Counted from the first letter of the stretch, positions 27,481-36,958 are shown. The stretch is 64,000 bases of DNA from an uncultured Acidobacteriota bacterium (GCA_963729215.1 CAVSND010000019.1:199801-263800), one strand, 5' to 3'. Program-made: numbers and translations. Notes: generated by a model not told the origin, from the sequence alone.

Positions 27481-28561
27481 CATGGTCCCGCTGCCCCGGC
27501 GCGCCGTGTACGTCCGGCTGAACCCGTTGCGGCTGTTGGTGATCGTGAACGCGCCGTTCTGCGCGACCGAGGCCCGGATGGCGTGTCCCTGGCAGTGCGG
27601 CCGTGTCCTCGAGATTGGCGATCATCGACTCGGCGGTGTTGTGTTCCCTGATCGAACAGCGACAGGTGTCCCTGCCAGATGCCTTCGATGTCCGGCGTCT
27701 TCGCGATGCGCTCGTAGTGCACGTACTGTCGGCTGTCGCGGCCCGGGCGACGGTCCTCCGAGCCCTTTGCGCGGTCCGTTGTTGACGACCACCACCTGCG
27801 GCTGGACCGCGTAGAGGAATCCGGGTGCGCCGGCGCCGTCGAGCGCTCCGTGCCGGCCGGCCTGCCAGATGCTGATTTGTCCGAGCTTGTTCAGCGGGAC
27901 AGGCCAGTTCCATTTCCTTCTCCCAGTCGAGATCGGCCAGGTCCAGGAACGTAAATTCTCCGTAGCTGACGAGCGCGCCAACCATCAACTGGTTTTCGGG
28001 CACGTCTTTCGGCTTGTTTTCTGCCGTCGCGCACAGCGGATTCGTCTGGCCGCCGCCGTTGACCGGCTGCGCGATCAGGTGTCCGTCCGAAGCGACGATG
28101 TCGACCTGCAGGCCTTTGATCGGGAATCTTGTCGCCTGGCTTGAGGATCGTGCGACGTGCTTGCCGCAGACGCTCAGATAGCCGTCACGCCATTTCTGAT
28201 TCGCGGGCTCGATGAAATCGCCGCGATCGAAACACGCGCCGATCGGCATCAGTTTCGAGAGCGCGACGAGACCGCCGGCATGGTCGGCGTGGTAGTGGCT
28301 GAGGATGAAATAGTCGATCTTCGTCAGGCCGGCCCGTTGAGCGGCCGAGAAGATGCGCTTCGCGTCCCGATCGCCGACCTCCCATCCGGAGTCGATGAGC
28401 AGCGACTCTCCGGACGGCGACACGATGAGGGTCGCGGCGCCGCCCTCGACGTCCACCCAGTAGATGTCGAGATTGCGGGGCTGCGCGAACGCCGGCGGAG
28501 CGGCGATTGTCAGTGCGGCGAGCAGAAGGCACCGCGCAAAACACGTCTTCTTCATGGCCAC
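27481..28561 (-). CDS. Secreted MBL-fold metallo-hydrolase (about four frame changes as assembled)
   Basis: Signal peptide CLLLAALTIAAPPAFAQ and motif ILSHYHADHAGG (HxHxDH). The reading continues through three other frames: ...LACP / NKLGQISIWQAGRHGALDG...VVVVNNGPRKG / SEDRRPGRDSRQYVHYERIAKTPDIEGIWQGHLSLFDQ / EHNTAESMIANLEDTAALP / HAIRASVAQNGAFTITNSRNGFSRTYT. Changes lie near 27893-27903, 27763-27765 (C3), ~27648 and ~27592. The 3' end is undefined. Confidence 0.65.
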
Positions 28562-28605
28562 TCCCTCAGGTGCGACACAGCATACACTCGTCGCCGCACT
28601 CGTTC

Positions 28606-28658
28606 ATCACGAAGTCACGAGGGTCACGACCTCCTCGAGTTCTTCGTGTCTTCGTGAT
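28606..28658. repeat. Palindromic element ATCACGAAGTCACGAGG...TCGTGTCTTCGTGAT (short version)
   Basis: The left arm 28606-28622 and right arm 28642-28658 are inverted repeats. The identical arm sequences recur at 53356-53372 and 53486-53501. It lies in the divergent spacer between the MBL gene and 28685..29810. Confidence 0.8.
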
Positions 28659-28684
28659 CGACAGGACTATCGTAAAATGACCCT

Positions 28685-29810
28685 ATGAAACAGCACGTCT
28701 CAACCGCTCTGCTATGTCTGTCTCTGGCGACGGTGATGGCAGGCCGCGTCGTGGCGCAGTTCGGCCCCGGGCCGACCAAGGCGCCGTCCAGGCTGCGGTC
28801 GGTTCCCGCCGAGACGACGGCCGCGAAGGTGAAGGATCCGAACTGGAAAGCGCCCCGCACGGCGTGGGGACATCCGGATCTCTCCGGCATCTGGACGAGC
28901 GACGACATGCGCGGCATCCCCACGACGCGTCCGGCGAGTCAGAAGGAACGCGAGTCGCTGACACCAGAGGAGTTCGCGCGGCGGGCCGGGGGCGACGAAG
29001 CGTCGCGCGATCGCGCCGTCAACCAGGAGACGGTGCTGCGCAACGAGTTCGGCGTCCGTACGTTCGGCTACACGTCCTTCCTCGTCGATCCGCCCGATGG
29101 CCAGATGCCCGCGCTGACTCCGGCAGGCCAGGCGAAGCAGCGCGCGTCGTTCGGCGTCGGCACGTTCGGCAACCGGCCGTTCAACGACTTCGAGGATTTC
29201 AGCCTCTACGATCGCTGCATCACGCGGGGCGTTGGCGGGATTTTTCCGGTCCTGTACGGCAACGGCATCCGCATCATGCAGACGCCGAACGAAGTGATCA
29301 TCAGCTACGAGATGATTCACGACACGCGCGTCATCCCGCTCGACAACCGGCCGCACGTCGGCGGCGGCATCAAGCAGTACATGGGAGATGCACGCGGGCA
29401 CTGGGACGGCGACACGCTGGTGGTCGAAACGACGAACTTCACCGACCGCGTGGGGTTCAACGGGCCCAACAGCGAGAAGCTGAGGCTGACCGAGCGTTTC
29501 ACCCGCATCGACCCGCAGATGATCGACTACCGGATCCGCGTGGACGACCCCGCGATGTACACGGCGCCCTTCACGATCCGCTTCACGATCACCCAGCAGC
29601 CTGGCTACCAGCTCTACGAGTACCTCCTGTCACGAAGGCAACGGCGCCGTCGGCAACGCGCTGAGCGGCGAGCGCGCGTACCAGAAGAGCGTGGCGGACG
29701 CCATCGCGAAGGGCCTGCCGATTCCGCCGCGAACGATGGGGATGGAAGTGTACACAGGCGGTCCGGTCGAAGGCCGCGAGGCTGTGCGAGAGTTCGGCGT
29801 CTCCAAGTAA
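28685..29810 (+). CDS. DRC...CHEGN family, paralogue 5 (one frame change as assembled)
   Basis: Signal peptide. Motifs: TAWGHPDLSGIWTS, DPPDGQMP, SLYDRCITRGVGG, YEMIHDTRVIPLDNRPH, GDARGHWDGDTLVVETTNF, ERFTR. After ...QLYEY the conserved CHEGNGAVGNALSGERAYQKS...REFGVSK* is read in the +1 frame. The change is at about 29624-29628 and the stop is TAA 29808-29810. Confidence 0.8.
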
Positions 29811-30506
29811 TGCCCTCGCGTACGAGGTTGACCGTCGTCGGACTCTGGATAGCGTTGTCGACGCTTTTGGTGGGGCCTGCCGGTGTGTTCGCGGCCGAAT
29901 TCTGGGATGCGAAGCCGTTCGCCCAGTGGTCCGACAAGGAGGTCCAGCGGATGCTGACCGACTCCCCCTGGTCCCACCAGGTGAGCGTCGTCATGCCGCG
30001 TTCGCCGCGGGAATCCGGCGAGATCAATCCGGCTGGCCGCGGCGGGGGAGGCGACGACTCCGGCCGAGGCGGCTTTCCGACTCCTCTGCCGCAGCTGAAA
30101 TTGGATGTCCAGTGGCGAAGCGCTCAGACGATGCGCCAGGCGACCGCCCTTCGCCAGTTCGGCACCGTCGACAAGATTCCCACCGACGTCCGTGAAACGC
30201 TCGAGCGAGACGACTCGGTCTACGTCGTGATCGTGACCGGGCTGCCGATGACGTTCTCCACGTCGGCCGCAGACGCCAAGAAGCGCGACCTTCCTGAAAC
30301 GCGGTGGCCACCCGCCGATCGCCGCAAGCGACGGCGGCCCGCAGAAATCAGGCACCGGCTTCGCGCTCGTGTTCGCCTTTCCACGGACCGACGAGATCAC
30401 GCTGCAGGACAGCGAGGTCGAGTTTGTCACGAAGCTCGGCAGCCTTGAGATCAAGAGCAAGTTCAGGCTGAAGGAGATGGTTTCCGCCGGCCATCTCCGG
30501 CTGTGA
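29810..30506 (+). CDS. Hypothetical exported protein (one frame change as assembled)
   Basis: ATG 29810 overlaps the previous stop (TAATG). Signal peptide GLWIALSTLLVGPAGVFA, then EFWDAKPFAQWSDKEVQRMLTDSPWSHQV. After ...SAADAKK the plausible continuation (A)TFLKRGGHPPIAASDGGPQKSGTGFALVFAFPRTDEITLQDSEVEFVTKLGSLEIKSKFRLKEMVSAGHLRL* is in another frame (change ~30283-30290). I do not recognise a family. Confidence 0.55.
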
Positions 30507-30510
30507 GCCG

Positions 30511-33408
30511 CTAGAACTTCACCTCGACGCCGATGCGGAAGATGCGCGGACTCAGGTTCTGCGCGATCTGGTTGAAGGTCGTCGACAGGATGTTGTTGTT
30601 CCGGACGAGCACCGTGTTCGCGTTGAACAGGTTGAAGACGTCCCCGACGACGCGCAGCGTCAGCGACTGCATCTTGAACGGCCGCGCGGCCCGGATGTCC
30701 GTATCCCACACGTTGTCGTAGCGGAAGTAGTCGACCGTCGGCGTCACGAGAACCGAGAGCGTTTCGCCGCCGAGCGCCTGCTGGCGGAACAGGGGGTACG
30801 GGTAACCCTGCCGGCCGAAGACGCTCCCGCTGGCCTCGATGCCGAGCGGCGCCTGGTACATCCCGTTGGCGTTGAACTGCCAGCGCGCGTTGATATAGAC
30901 AGTGCCGGATCCGCTGCTCGCGCTGCTCGACGGCGCGAACTGGCCGCCGTCGACGAGGGGCTCGTTCGGCGTGGGCGTCGGGTTGCCGTTCGTGTCGTAG
31001 CGTCCGGCCGCTGACTCGAAGTGGTCGCGCGCGTTGTTCAGCGAGAACCCGACGCGGCCCATCCAGCCTTTCGACAGCCGTTTCACGAACGCCACCTCGA
31101 CGCCGTGGTAATCGGTCGAGTAGCCAGGGACCGTCGTGGTGAGAAATCCGCCGCCGCCGGCCACCACCTTGGCGCCGTTGGCGACAAACGTCGGCACGCT
31201 GTACGTCGTGCCGTCGGGCAGCGTGCCGGTGAGCGTGGGGCCGGCCGAGTAGTCGGCCAGCGTCACACCGACGCGCGGCGTGATGTTCGCCGCGAGGTTC
31301 CCGAACAGGTCCGTTGTTCTCGTGTAGCTGTAGTTGACCTGCAGGGCGACATGCGGCATCAGTTCGCGATCGACGCCTGCCACGAAACTGTCGGTTCTCG
31401 GCGCCTTCAGATTCGGATCGACCTGGTTGGCCGACACGACCGCCGTCGGGTTGGCCGGGTTGAAACCGCCTGCCTGCGTGAGGCGCAGGTTCGTCAGCAC
31501 TTCGTTGTTCTGCGCGAAGTGATCGCCGTTCAGGTCCACCCACCGGTACGTGGCCGAGCCGACAGACGAACTCGGGTTGATGACGCCGATCAGGCTCGGG
31601 CTGAGCTGGCTCGCGTACCGGCTGTAGGAGGCCCGCGCAATCGTCCGGCCGCTCGAGTCGAGGGCCACGGTCACGCCGGCGCGCGGAGAGAAGGTATTCC
31701 AGACGAATGGCGAGTCGTATCCGGCGAAGGTCAGACCCGGCACGAGATTCGGGAAGGCCTTGCTGCCCTGGATTTCACTCGGGAGCGCGCGTCCCCACTG
31801 GTGGTCGTAGCGCAGGCCGAGACTGACCGTCGTGCGGCCCTTCGCAATGCTGTCGCCGACGAAGGCGTCGAAGTACTCGGCGCGATTGGCGCCGTTGCCC
31901 TGGCGGAACACCTGGGCTCTGAGGTCGGTCGGCGAGTTCTCCATTCCCAGGACCCCGTTTCCCGGCCACTCGGTCAACATCGTCGAATCAGTCGTGCGGA
32001 AGCCGGAGCCGAACTCCAGGTCGTGCGTCAATCCGGACGTCTTCATGTACGAATGCACGCTGCCGCGAACCGTCTGCTGCGGACGGTCGCTGATGCTGTT
32101 GTTGATCGAGCCGAACGACTGGGCGGTGGTCAGGCTCCGGCCGGCCTGCATGTCCATGCCGCCCATCGGCGTCAGCGCGTTGCCCGTGTTGTAGTAGGCG
32201 TACGTCGCGGACAGAAACAGGTTCGGGTTGATGACGCGGTCGTCCGCGATCTTCCACAGACCGTGGAACGGCGAGTCGGTGTAGCCGTTGTCCTGGTGAA
32301 ACGTGGCGGTCGGTGCGTCGAACAGGATGCCCGGGACGGCCGGACTGCGATAGTCCTTGACCTTCGAGCCGTTGAAATAGACGAAGCTCAGCATGTCTTT
32401 CGTGCTGGCCTGCCAGTTCACCTTCACTTCCGGATTGTTCAGCGTCGTGCGGTCGATCACGCCGCCCGCGCGGCGGACCAGCTGGATATCCTGGGATGAA
32501 TACGACGCGTAGAACCAGGCGCGATTCGAGCGGATGGGCCCGCCGAATTCCGCCCCGATATCCGAGATCTGCTTGTTGTGGTCCGCCGTCTCGGGCGTCA
32601 CCGTGGGCTGCAGCTCGGCGGGGACGTTTGACGCTTCGAGCGCGTCGTTCGCGAAGTAGCCGCGCGCGGCCCCGTGGAACTGGTTCGTGCCGCGTCTGGT
32701 GACGAGGTTGATGCCCACGCCGCCGGTCTGCTGCGAGATGTCCTGGCCGGCGGTCGAGACCTGAATCTCCTCGAAGTTGTCGAAGTTGAAGTACGTCGGG
32801 GGCGCACCGGCCGCGGCCATGTCGGTGATGACAATGCCGTCCAGCGTCCAGACGGTGTCCTGCGGGCGCGTGCCCTTCGAGACGACGGTCGGCGCCTGCC
32901 CGGTTTCGTTGCCGCCGATGTTGACCCGGTCGAGCAGGACACCCGGAACCGTGCGGAGCGTGGCGAACGGATCGCGGGACGTCGGAATCTTCGTCAGCTC
33001 ATCGATGGAGACCGTCGTGGAGGTGCCGGTTTCGGTCGGATCGAGGACCGGCGCGGGTACCGACACGGTCAGCGATTCAGAGACGGGCGCCACGCGGAGC
33101 TCGAGCGGTGCGACGACGGTCTTGCCCACGGCCACGATGACGTCGCGCGTGGCCGGCTGGAAGCCCGTCAGCGCGGCGGACACCTTGTAAGAGCCGGGAG
33201 CGAGGTCAAGGAAGCGAAACGTCCCTTCAGCCGTTGTCGTGAACCTGAAGGTCGCGTCGGAACCGGTGAGTGTGACTTCCGAGCCGGGGATAACGGCGCC
33301 CTGCTCGTCTCGAACAGTGCCGGTCACGGTACCGCCGGGCGTTTGTGCGAGCGCCGGGACGGTAAGGGCGAGGACGAACGAAAAAGTCGCGGCGAACCTG
33401 AACTTCAT
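30511..33408 (-). CDS. TonB-dependent receptor with N-terminal carboxypeptidase-regulatory-like domain
   Basis: Intact 965-aa ORF with signal peptide FVLALTVPALAQ. An Ig-like N-domain (GTVTGTVRDEQGAVIPGSEVTL...GSYKVSA) is followed by plug-like and long beta-barrel regions. It ends ...FRIGVEVKF. Confidence 0.85.
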   Translation of the reverse strand: MKFRFAATFSFVLALTVPALAQTPGGTVTGTVRDEQGAVIPGSEVTLTGSDATFRFTTTAEGTFRFLDLAPGSYKVSAALTGFQPATRDVIVAVGKTVVAPLELRVAPVSESLTVSVPAPVLDPTETGTSTTVSIDELTKIPTSRDPFATLRTVPGVLLDRVNIGGNETGQAPTVVSKGTRPQDTVWTLDGIVITDMAAAGAPPTYFNFDNFEEIQVSTAGQDISQQTGGVGINLVTRRGTNQFHGAARGYFANDALEASNVPAELQPTVTPETADHNKQISDIGAEFGGPIRSNRAWFYASYSSQDIQLVRRAGGVIDRTTLNNPEVKVNWQASTKDMLSFVYFNGSKVKDYRSPAVPGILFDAPTATFHQDNGYTDSPFHGLWKIADDRVINPNLFLSATYAYYNTGNALTPMGGMDMQAGRSLTTAQSFGSINNSISDRPQQTVRGSVHSYMKTSGLTHDLEFGSGFRTTDSTMLTEWPGNGVLGMENSPTDLRAQVFRQGNGANRAEYFDAFVGDSIAKGRTTVSLGLRYDHQWGRALPSEIQGSKAFPNLVPGLTFAGYDSPFVWNTFSPRAGVTVALDSSGRTIARASYSRYASQLSPSLIGVINPSSSVGSATYRWVDLNGDHFAQNNEVLTNLRLTQAGGFNPANPTAVVSANQVDPNLKAPRTDSFVAGVDRELMPHVALQVNYSYTRTTDLFGNLAANITPRVGVTLADYSAGPTLTGTLPDGTTYSVPTFVANGAKVVAGGGGFLTTTVPGYSTDYHGVEVAFVKRLSKGWMGRVGFSLNNARDHFESAAGRYDTNGNPTPTPNEPLVDGGQFAPSSSASSGSGTVYINARWQFNANGMYQAPLGIEASGSVFGRQGYPYPLFRQQALGGETLSVLVTPTVDYFRYDNVWDTDIRAARPFKMQSLTLRVVGDVFNLFNANTVLVRNNNILSTTFNQIAQNLSPRIFRIGVEVKF

Positions 33409-33448
33409 TACCCGGGTCTCCTACGCGCAAAGGGATTATATGAGCCAT

Positions 33449-33477
33449 ATTATGACTCTAGATGCATATAGAGTCAA
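33449..33477 (-). promoter_or_regulatory. Candidate sigma-70-type promoter with embedded palindromic operator, upstream of the TonB receptor
   Basis: The minus strand reads TTGACT (33477-33472), a 17-nt spacer, then CATAAT (33454-33449). The 24-bp palindrome TGACTCTA-GATGCATA-TAGAGTCA (33453-33476) spans the spacer. A second TATAAT (33440-33435) and AGGAGA precede ATG 33408. The locus is a local AT-rich island. Confidence 0.4.
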
Positions 33478-33544
33478 TCAAATCTCCCCTACGGTTGAGT
33501 TCCCCGTAAACCTCTGCTGTGCAGCCGGTTGGCGCGATACCGAG

Positions 33545-34657
33545 CTACCGCTTGGACGCCTCGGCGAACGGACCGACCTCAGGCTTGGCCTGGGTGTTGG
33601 CGAGCGGGCCGAGTTCGGCGGCAACCCCGCGCGCGATGGCGGCCGTTTCGCTCCCCGCCTGGAAGCAGGTGAAGTCCGGCCGGTCGCGCCACGCGATCGG
33701 TCCGCACAGCCGCACGCCGGCCTTGATCGCGGCGTCGTGCACGATGTTGATCGCGCGCTCGTAGTCGGGCGTCCCCTGACGGTATCCTGAAAAGTTTCCG
33801 AGGTCGCCGCTTGCCGCGAAGACCGCGGTCACACCGGGGACCTTCGCGATCTCGTCGGCGTTCTTCAGCCCTTCCAGGGTCTCGATCATCAGGATCAACA
33901 CGATGTTGTCGTTGATCGTGTTGCGGTACCCTCCCGGGACGCCGCCCCACATGTTGGCGTCAAATGCCTGGCCGCCGCCGTTGCTGCGCCGGCCGAGCGG
34001 CGGGAAGTACGCCCAGTCGCGCGCTTCAACGGCCTCGGCGACCGTATCCACGGTCGGCACGACCAGGACCAGCGCTCCCGCGTCCAGCGCGTGCTGGATC
34101 TCGCGTTCATCGGTGTAGGCCACGCGAACGCCCGGCACCGCCCTGGCGTTCGGGCACGTGCGCCACATCCGCGACACTTCTTCCCAGTCGCGCGAGTCGT
34201 GCTGCATCTCCGTCCAGATGAAGTCGTAGCCTGCCGCCGCCATCGCGCAGTAAGTGGCCGGGTCCGTGGCGCTGAAGAGCGTCCCGCCGGACACCTTGCC
34301 GCCCTGCATCATCTTCAGCCTGACTGGATTCCAGACCTTCGCACCGGCCGGCGGGTTGAACGCCGGGCCGTACTTCCAGGTCGCCGGATCGAACGGCCCC
34401 TGATTCACCGCGCCGGGAGGCGCTGTCATCCTGGCGTTGCTGTCCTTGCCCGCGGGAGCCGCGAGCGGAAATGTCAGGGTGCCGGGCGCCGCGTTGTTGG
34501 CGTATGGATCGGCGCGCGGCGCAGTCTGGGCCGGCGCGGCCTGACCCGCCGGCGGTTGTGGAGCCGTGGACTGGGCGGCGATGACGGCGAATCCGAGCCC
34601 CGCCGTCGCCAGGAGCGCAACAAGCTTTTTCATCATGGTGATCCTCACGCGTTTCAT
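33545..34657 (-). CDS. HpcH/HpaI-family aldolase domain protein with signal peptide and ~95-aa N-terminal extension
   Basis: This is the C-terminal part of ORF 33545..35194. ATG 34657 overlaps the stop of the upstream gene (ATGA), and ATG 34636 is an alternative start. Signal peptide KKLVALLATAGLGFAVIAAQ. Aldolase-like region YDFIWTEMQH, LVVPTVDT, LILMIETLEGL, FAASGDLG. Confidence 0.7.
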   Translation of the reverse strand: MKRVRITMMKKLVALLATAGLGFAVIAAQSTAPQPPAGQAAPAQTAPRADPYANNAAPGTLTFPLAAPAGKDSNARMTAPPGAVNQGPFDPATWKYGPAFNPPAGAKVWNPVRLKMMQGGKVSGGTLFSATDPATYCAMAAAGYDFIWTEMQHDSRDWEEVSRMWRTCPNARAVPGVRVAYTDEREIQHALDAGALVLVVPTVDTVAEAVEARDWAYFPPLGRRSNGGGQAFDANMWGGVPGGYRNTINDNIVLILMIETLEGLKNADEIAKVPGVTAVFAASGDLGNFSGYRQGTPDYERAINIVHDAAIKAGVRLCGPIAWRDRPDFTCFQAGSETAAIARGVAAELGPLANTQAKPEVGPFAEASKR

Positions 34658-35937
34658 TTTTTTCCCGGCGTCAGCCGCAGCAGGGAGTTCCCGGCGAGCA
34701 CATAGATCAGGCCGTCGGGACCCTGGCGGATATCCCGAATCCGTTGTTTCAGCTCGGTCAACAGCTTTTCCTCGGCGACGATTCGTTCGCCGTTCACCAC
34801 GAGGCGGGCGAGGTACTGGGCGGGGAGTCCTCCTACGAAGAGATTGCCTTTCCATTCCGGGAAGCGGTCCCCGGTGTAGAACATCATCCCCGACGTGCCG
34901 ATATCGGGATCCCAGAAGTAGATCGGCTCCTCCACGCCTTTCATGGACGAGGCGCCGTTGCCGACCGGCACGTTTTTCCGCCCGTCCGTGCGGCGTGCGT
35001 CGTACTGCCGGCCGTAGGAGACGTCGGGCCATCCGTAATCGCGGCCGGGCCGGACGATGTTGATCTCGTCGCCGCCTTGCGGACCGTGGTCGGCGACCCA
35101 CAACTCGCCGGTGGCCGGGTTGATGGCTGCGCCCTCGGGATCGCGCAAGCCATGCGCGTACGTTTCCGGCAGCACGGTCGCCCGGCCGAGCCACGGGTTG
35201 TCTTTGGGAATCGATCCATCACGGTTGATGCGCACGACGCGGCCGGAAAAATTGCGGCGGATGTCGGGGTTGTCCGTGAAGTCGTGCTCGACGCCGTCGA
35301 GGTCCGAGTCGTAGAAGCGGAACCGATCGGCGCCGGTGACGAGCAGCGTGCCGTCAGGCGCCAGGACCATGCGCCGTTCGCCGCCGCCGTCGAGGATGAC
35401 CTCGACGTCCTGCAGGCTCCGGTCATCCTCGCTCAGACGCGCGCGGGCCACGCGCTCCATCCCGATGTTCATCGTCCGGCGCTCGGCCAGCGATTTCGTC
35501 CACACGCGTTCGTAGAAAAACTCGAGCGGCCACAGGCCGGGCGCCTCGCCGCGCGGCGGGGCGAAGTAGGTGACGTAGAGCGTCCGGTTCCGGGCGAAAT
35601 CCGGATCGAGCACGACGTCGTGCAGGCCTTGTGCGCCGACGACTTTGACGCCGGGCACGCCGGCAATCGGCAGCGAGACGAACCCATCCGGCCGGATGAT
35701 CCGCATCGCGCCGACGCTCTCGGTGACCAGGAAGTTGCCGTCGGGCAGGAACGCGACCGACCATGGGCTGCTGAGCCGGTTGGTGATGGTCTCGACCGTG
35801 AACGGCGGAGATGGCTTCGAGGGCGGGGGCGCGTTGGTCTGCCCGGGAAACGCCGGCTTGGCGAGCGGCGTCTGGGCCTGAGCCGTGGCCATGACGGCCG
35901 CCGCGCAAGCGGCCAGCACGCATCCGAATGTCTTCAT
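34654..35937 (-). CDS. PQQ-dependent sugar dehydrogenase (soluble glucose/sorbosone dehydrogenase family)
   Basis: Start at ATG 35937 (MKTFGCVLAACAAAVMATAQA signal peptide). Motifs: SPWSVAFLPDGNFLVTE, YAHGLRDPEGAA, ADHGPQGGDEINIVRPGRDYGWP, IRQGPDGLIYV. Confidence 0.85.
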   Translation of the reverse strand: MKTFGCVLAACAAAVMATAQAQTPLAKPAFPGQTNAPPPSKPSPPFTVETITNRLSSPWSVAFLPDGNFLVTESVGAMRIIRPDGFVSLPIAGVPGVKVVGAQGLHDVVLDPDFARNRTLYVTYFAPPRGEAPGLWPLEFFYERVWTKSLAERRTMNIGMERVARARLSEDDRSLQDVEVILDGGGERRMVLAPDGTLLVTGADRFRFYDSDLDGVEHDFTDNPDIRRNFSGRVVRINRDGSIPKDNPWLGRATVLPETYAHGLRDPEGAAINPATGELWVADHGPQGGDEINIVRPGRDYGWPDVSYGRQYDARRTDGRKNVPVGNGASSMKGVEEPIYFWDPDIGTSGMMFYTGDRFPEWKGNLFVGGLPAQYLARLVVNGERIVAEEKLLTELKQRIRDIRQGPDGLIYVLAGNSLLRLTPGKK

Positions 35938-36022
35938 GTGCGTCTCCGTGAGTGGTGCGCATCTTACTAGACTTCTACGCACGCGGGCGCGACCGGCGTA
36001 AAATGATCGGCGGAGGTACGCC

Positions 36023-36418
36023 ATGCGTACGCTGTTGTTCCGCCCTCGCGTTCTGACGTTCGCCGCCGGCGCACTCGTCGCGGCGGCGCTCCTGTCCCGG
36101 CCCGTGAGCGCCCACCATGGCTGGGGCGGCTATCTCGACGCCGAATTCGAAATCAGCGGTACGGTCGAGTCGCCGGTGAGCCTGGCGGGCCCGCACGCCA
36201 CGATGACGATCAAGGGCACCGACGGCCATGTCTGGAACCTGGTGCTCGCGCCACCGCCGCGCAGCCAGCAGGCCGGCCTCAAGGACGGCATGATTCCCGT
36301 CGGTTCGAAGGTCACCGCGCATGGCCATCGCCACCGCGACAACGATCGGTACGAGGTCAAGACCGAGCGGTTGACGTGGGGCGACAAGGTCTTCAACGTC
36401 TATCCTGATCGCAGCTGA
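36023..36418 (+). CDS. Small secreted protein, DUF6152-like
   Basis: 131 aa. The signal peptide ends ...SRPVSA, followed by HH at the mature N-terminus (AHHGWGGYLDAEFEISGTVES...). The pattern resembles DUF6152 family members. The assignment is from memory of that family's pattern. Confidence 0.6.
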   Translation: MRTLLFRPRVLTFAAGALVAAALLSRPVSAHHGWGGYLDAEFEISGTVESPVSLAGPHATMTIKGTDGHVWNLVLAPPPRSQQAGLKDGMIPVGSKVTAHGHRHRDNDRYEVKTERLTWGDKVFNVYPDRS

Positions 36419-36455
36419 CGCGCGCCGCTGACGCGAGACGACGCCAGACGCGTGC

Positions 36456-36958
36456 GTGCTGGAACATCAGGTCGTGCTTGACGCGGCGAGGTGGCTGCAG
36501 GGCTCCGCGCTCGGTCACTTCATGCGCGAGTCGGGCGTCTGGACGTACGCGATCGTCAACCTCGCGCACATCCTCGGTGTGGCGTCACTGTTCGGATCCG
36601 TGCTCGTCCTCGATCTCCGGCTGCTCGGGTTCGGGCGACGCTCCCTCTCGCGGCGCTTGCCGACGCCACGGTCCCGGTCGCGACGGCGGGGTTTGCCGTC
36701 GCGGCGGCCACCGGTGTCGGGTTGCTGGTGACCAAAGCGACCGAATACGTAGGCAATCCGTTTCTCGCGCTGAAGTTCCCGGCCATCGCGCTCGGGCTGG
36801 TGAACGTTCTGCTCATTCGCCGGTCCGAGGCGTGGCAGGCGCGCGGACGCCGCGAACTCCTGCCGCACGAGCATCGCCGTCTCGCCATCATGGGCGGGCT
36901 GTCGCTCGCCTGCTGGCTCACGGCCATCGCCGCCGGCCGTCTTATCGCGTATTGGTAG
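36456..36958 (+). CDS. Small integral membrane protein, DUF6644-like (one frame change as assembled)
   Basis: ORF 36456..36731 (WTYAIVNLAHILGVASLFGSVLVLDLRLLGFGRR) continues in the frame of ORF 36491..36958 (PLAALADATVPVATAGFAVAAATGVGLLV...LSLACWLTAIAAGRLIAYW). The change is at about 36638-36645. Confidence 0.55.
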
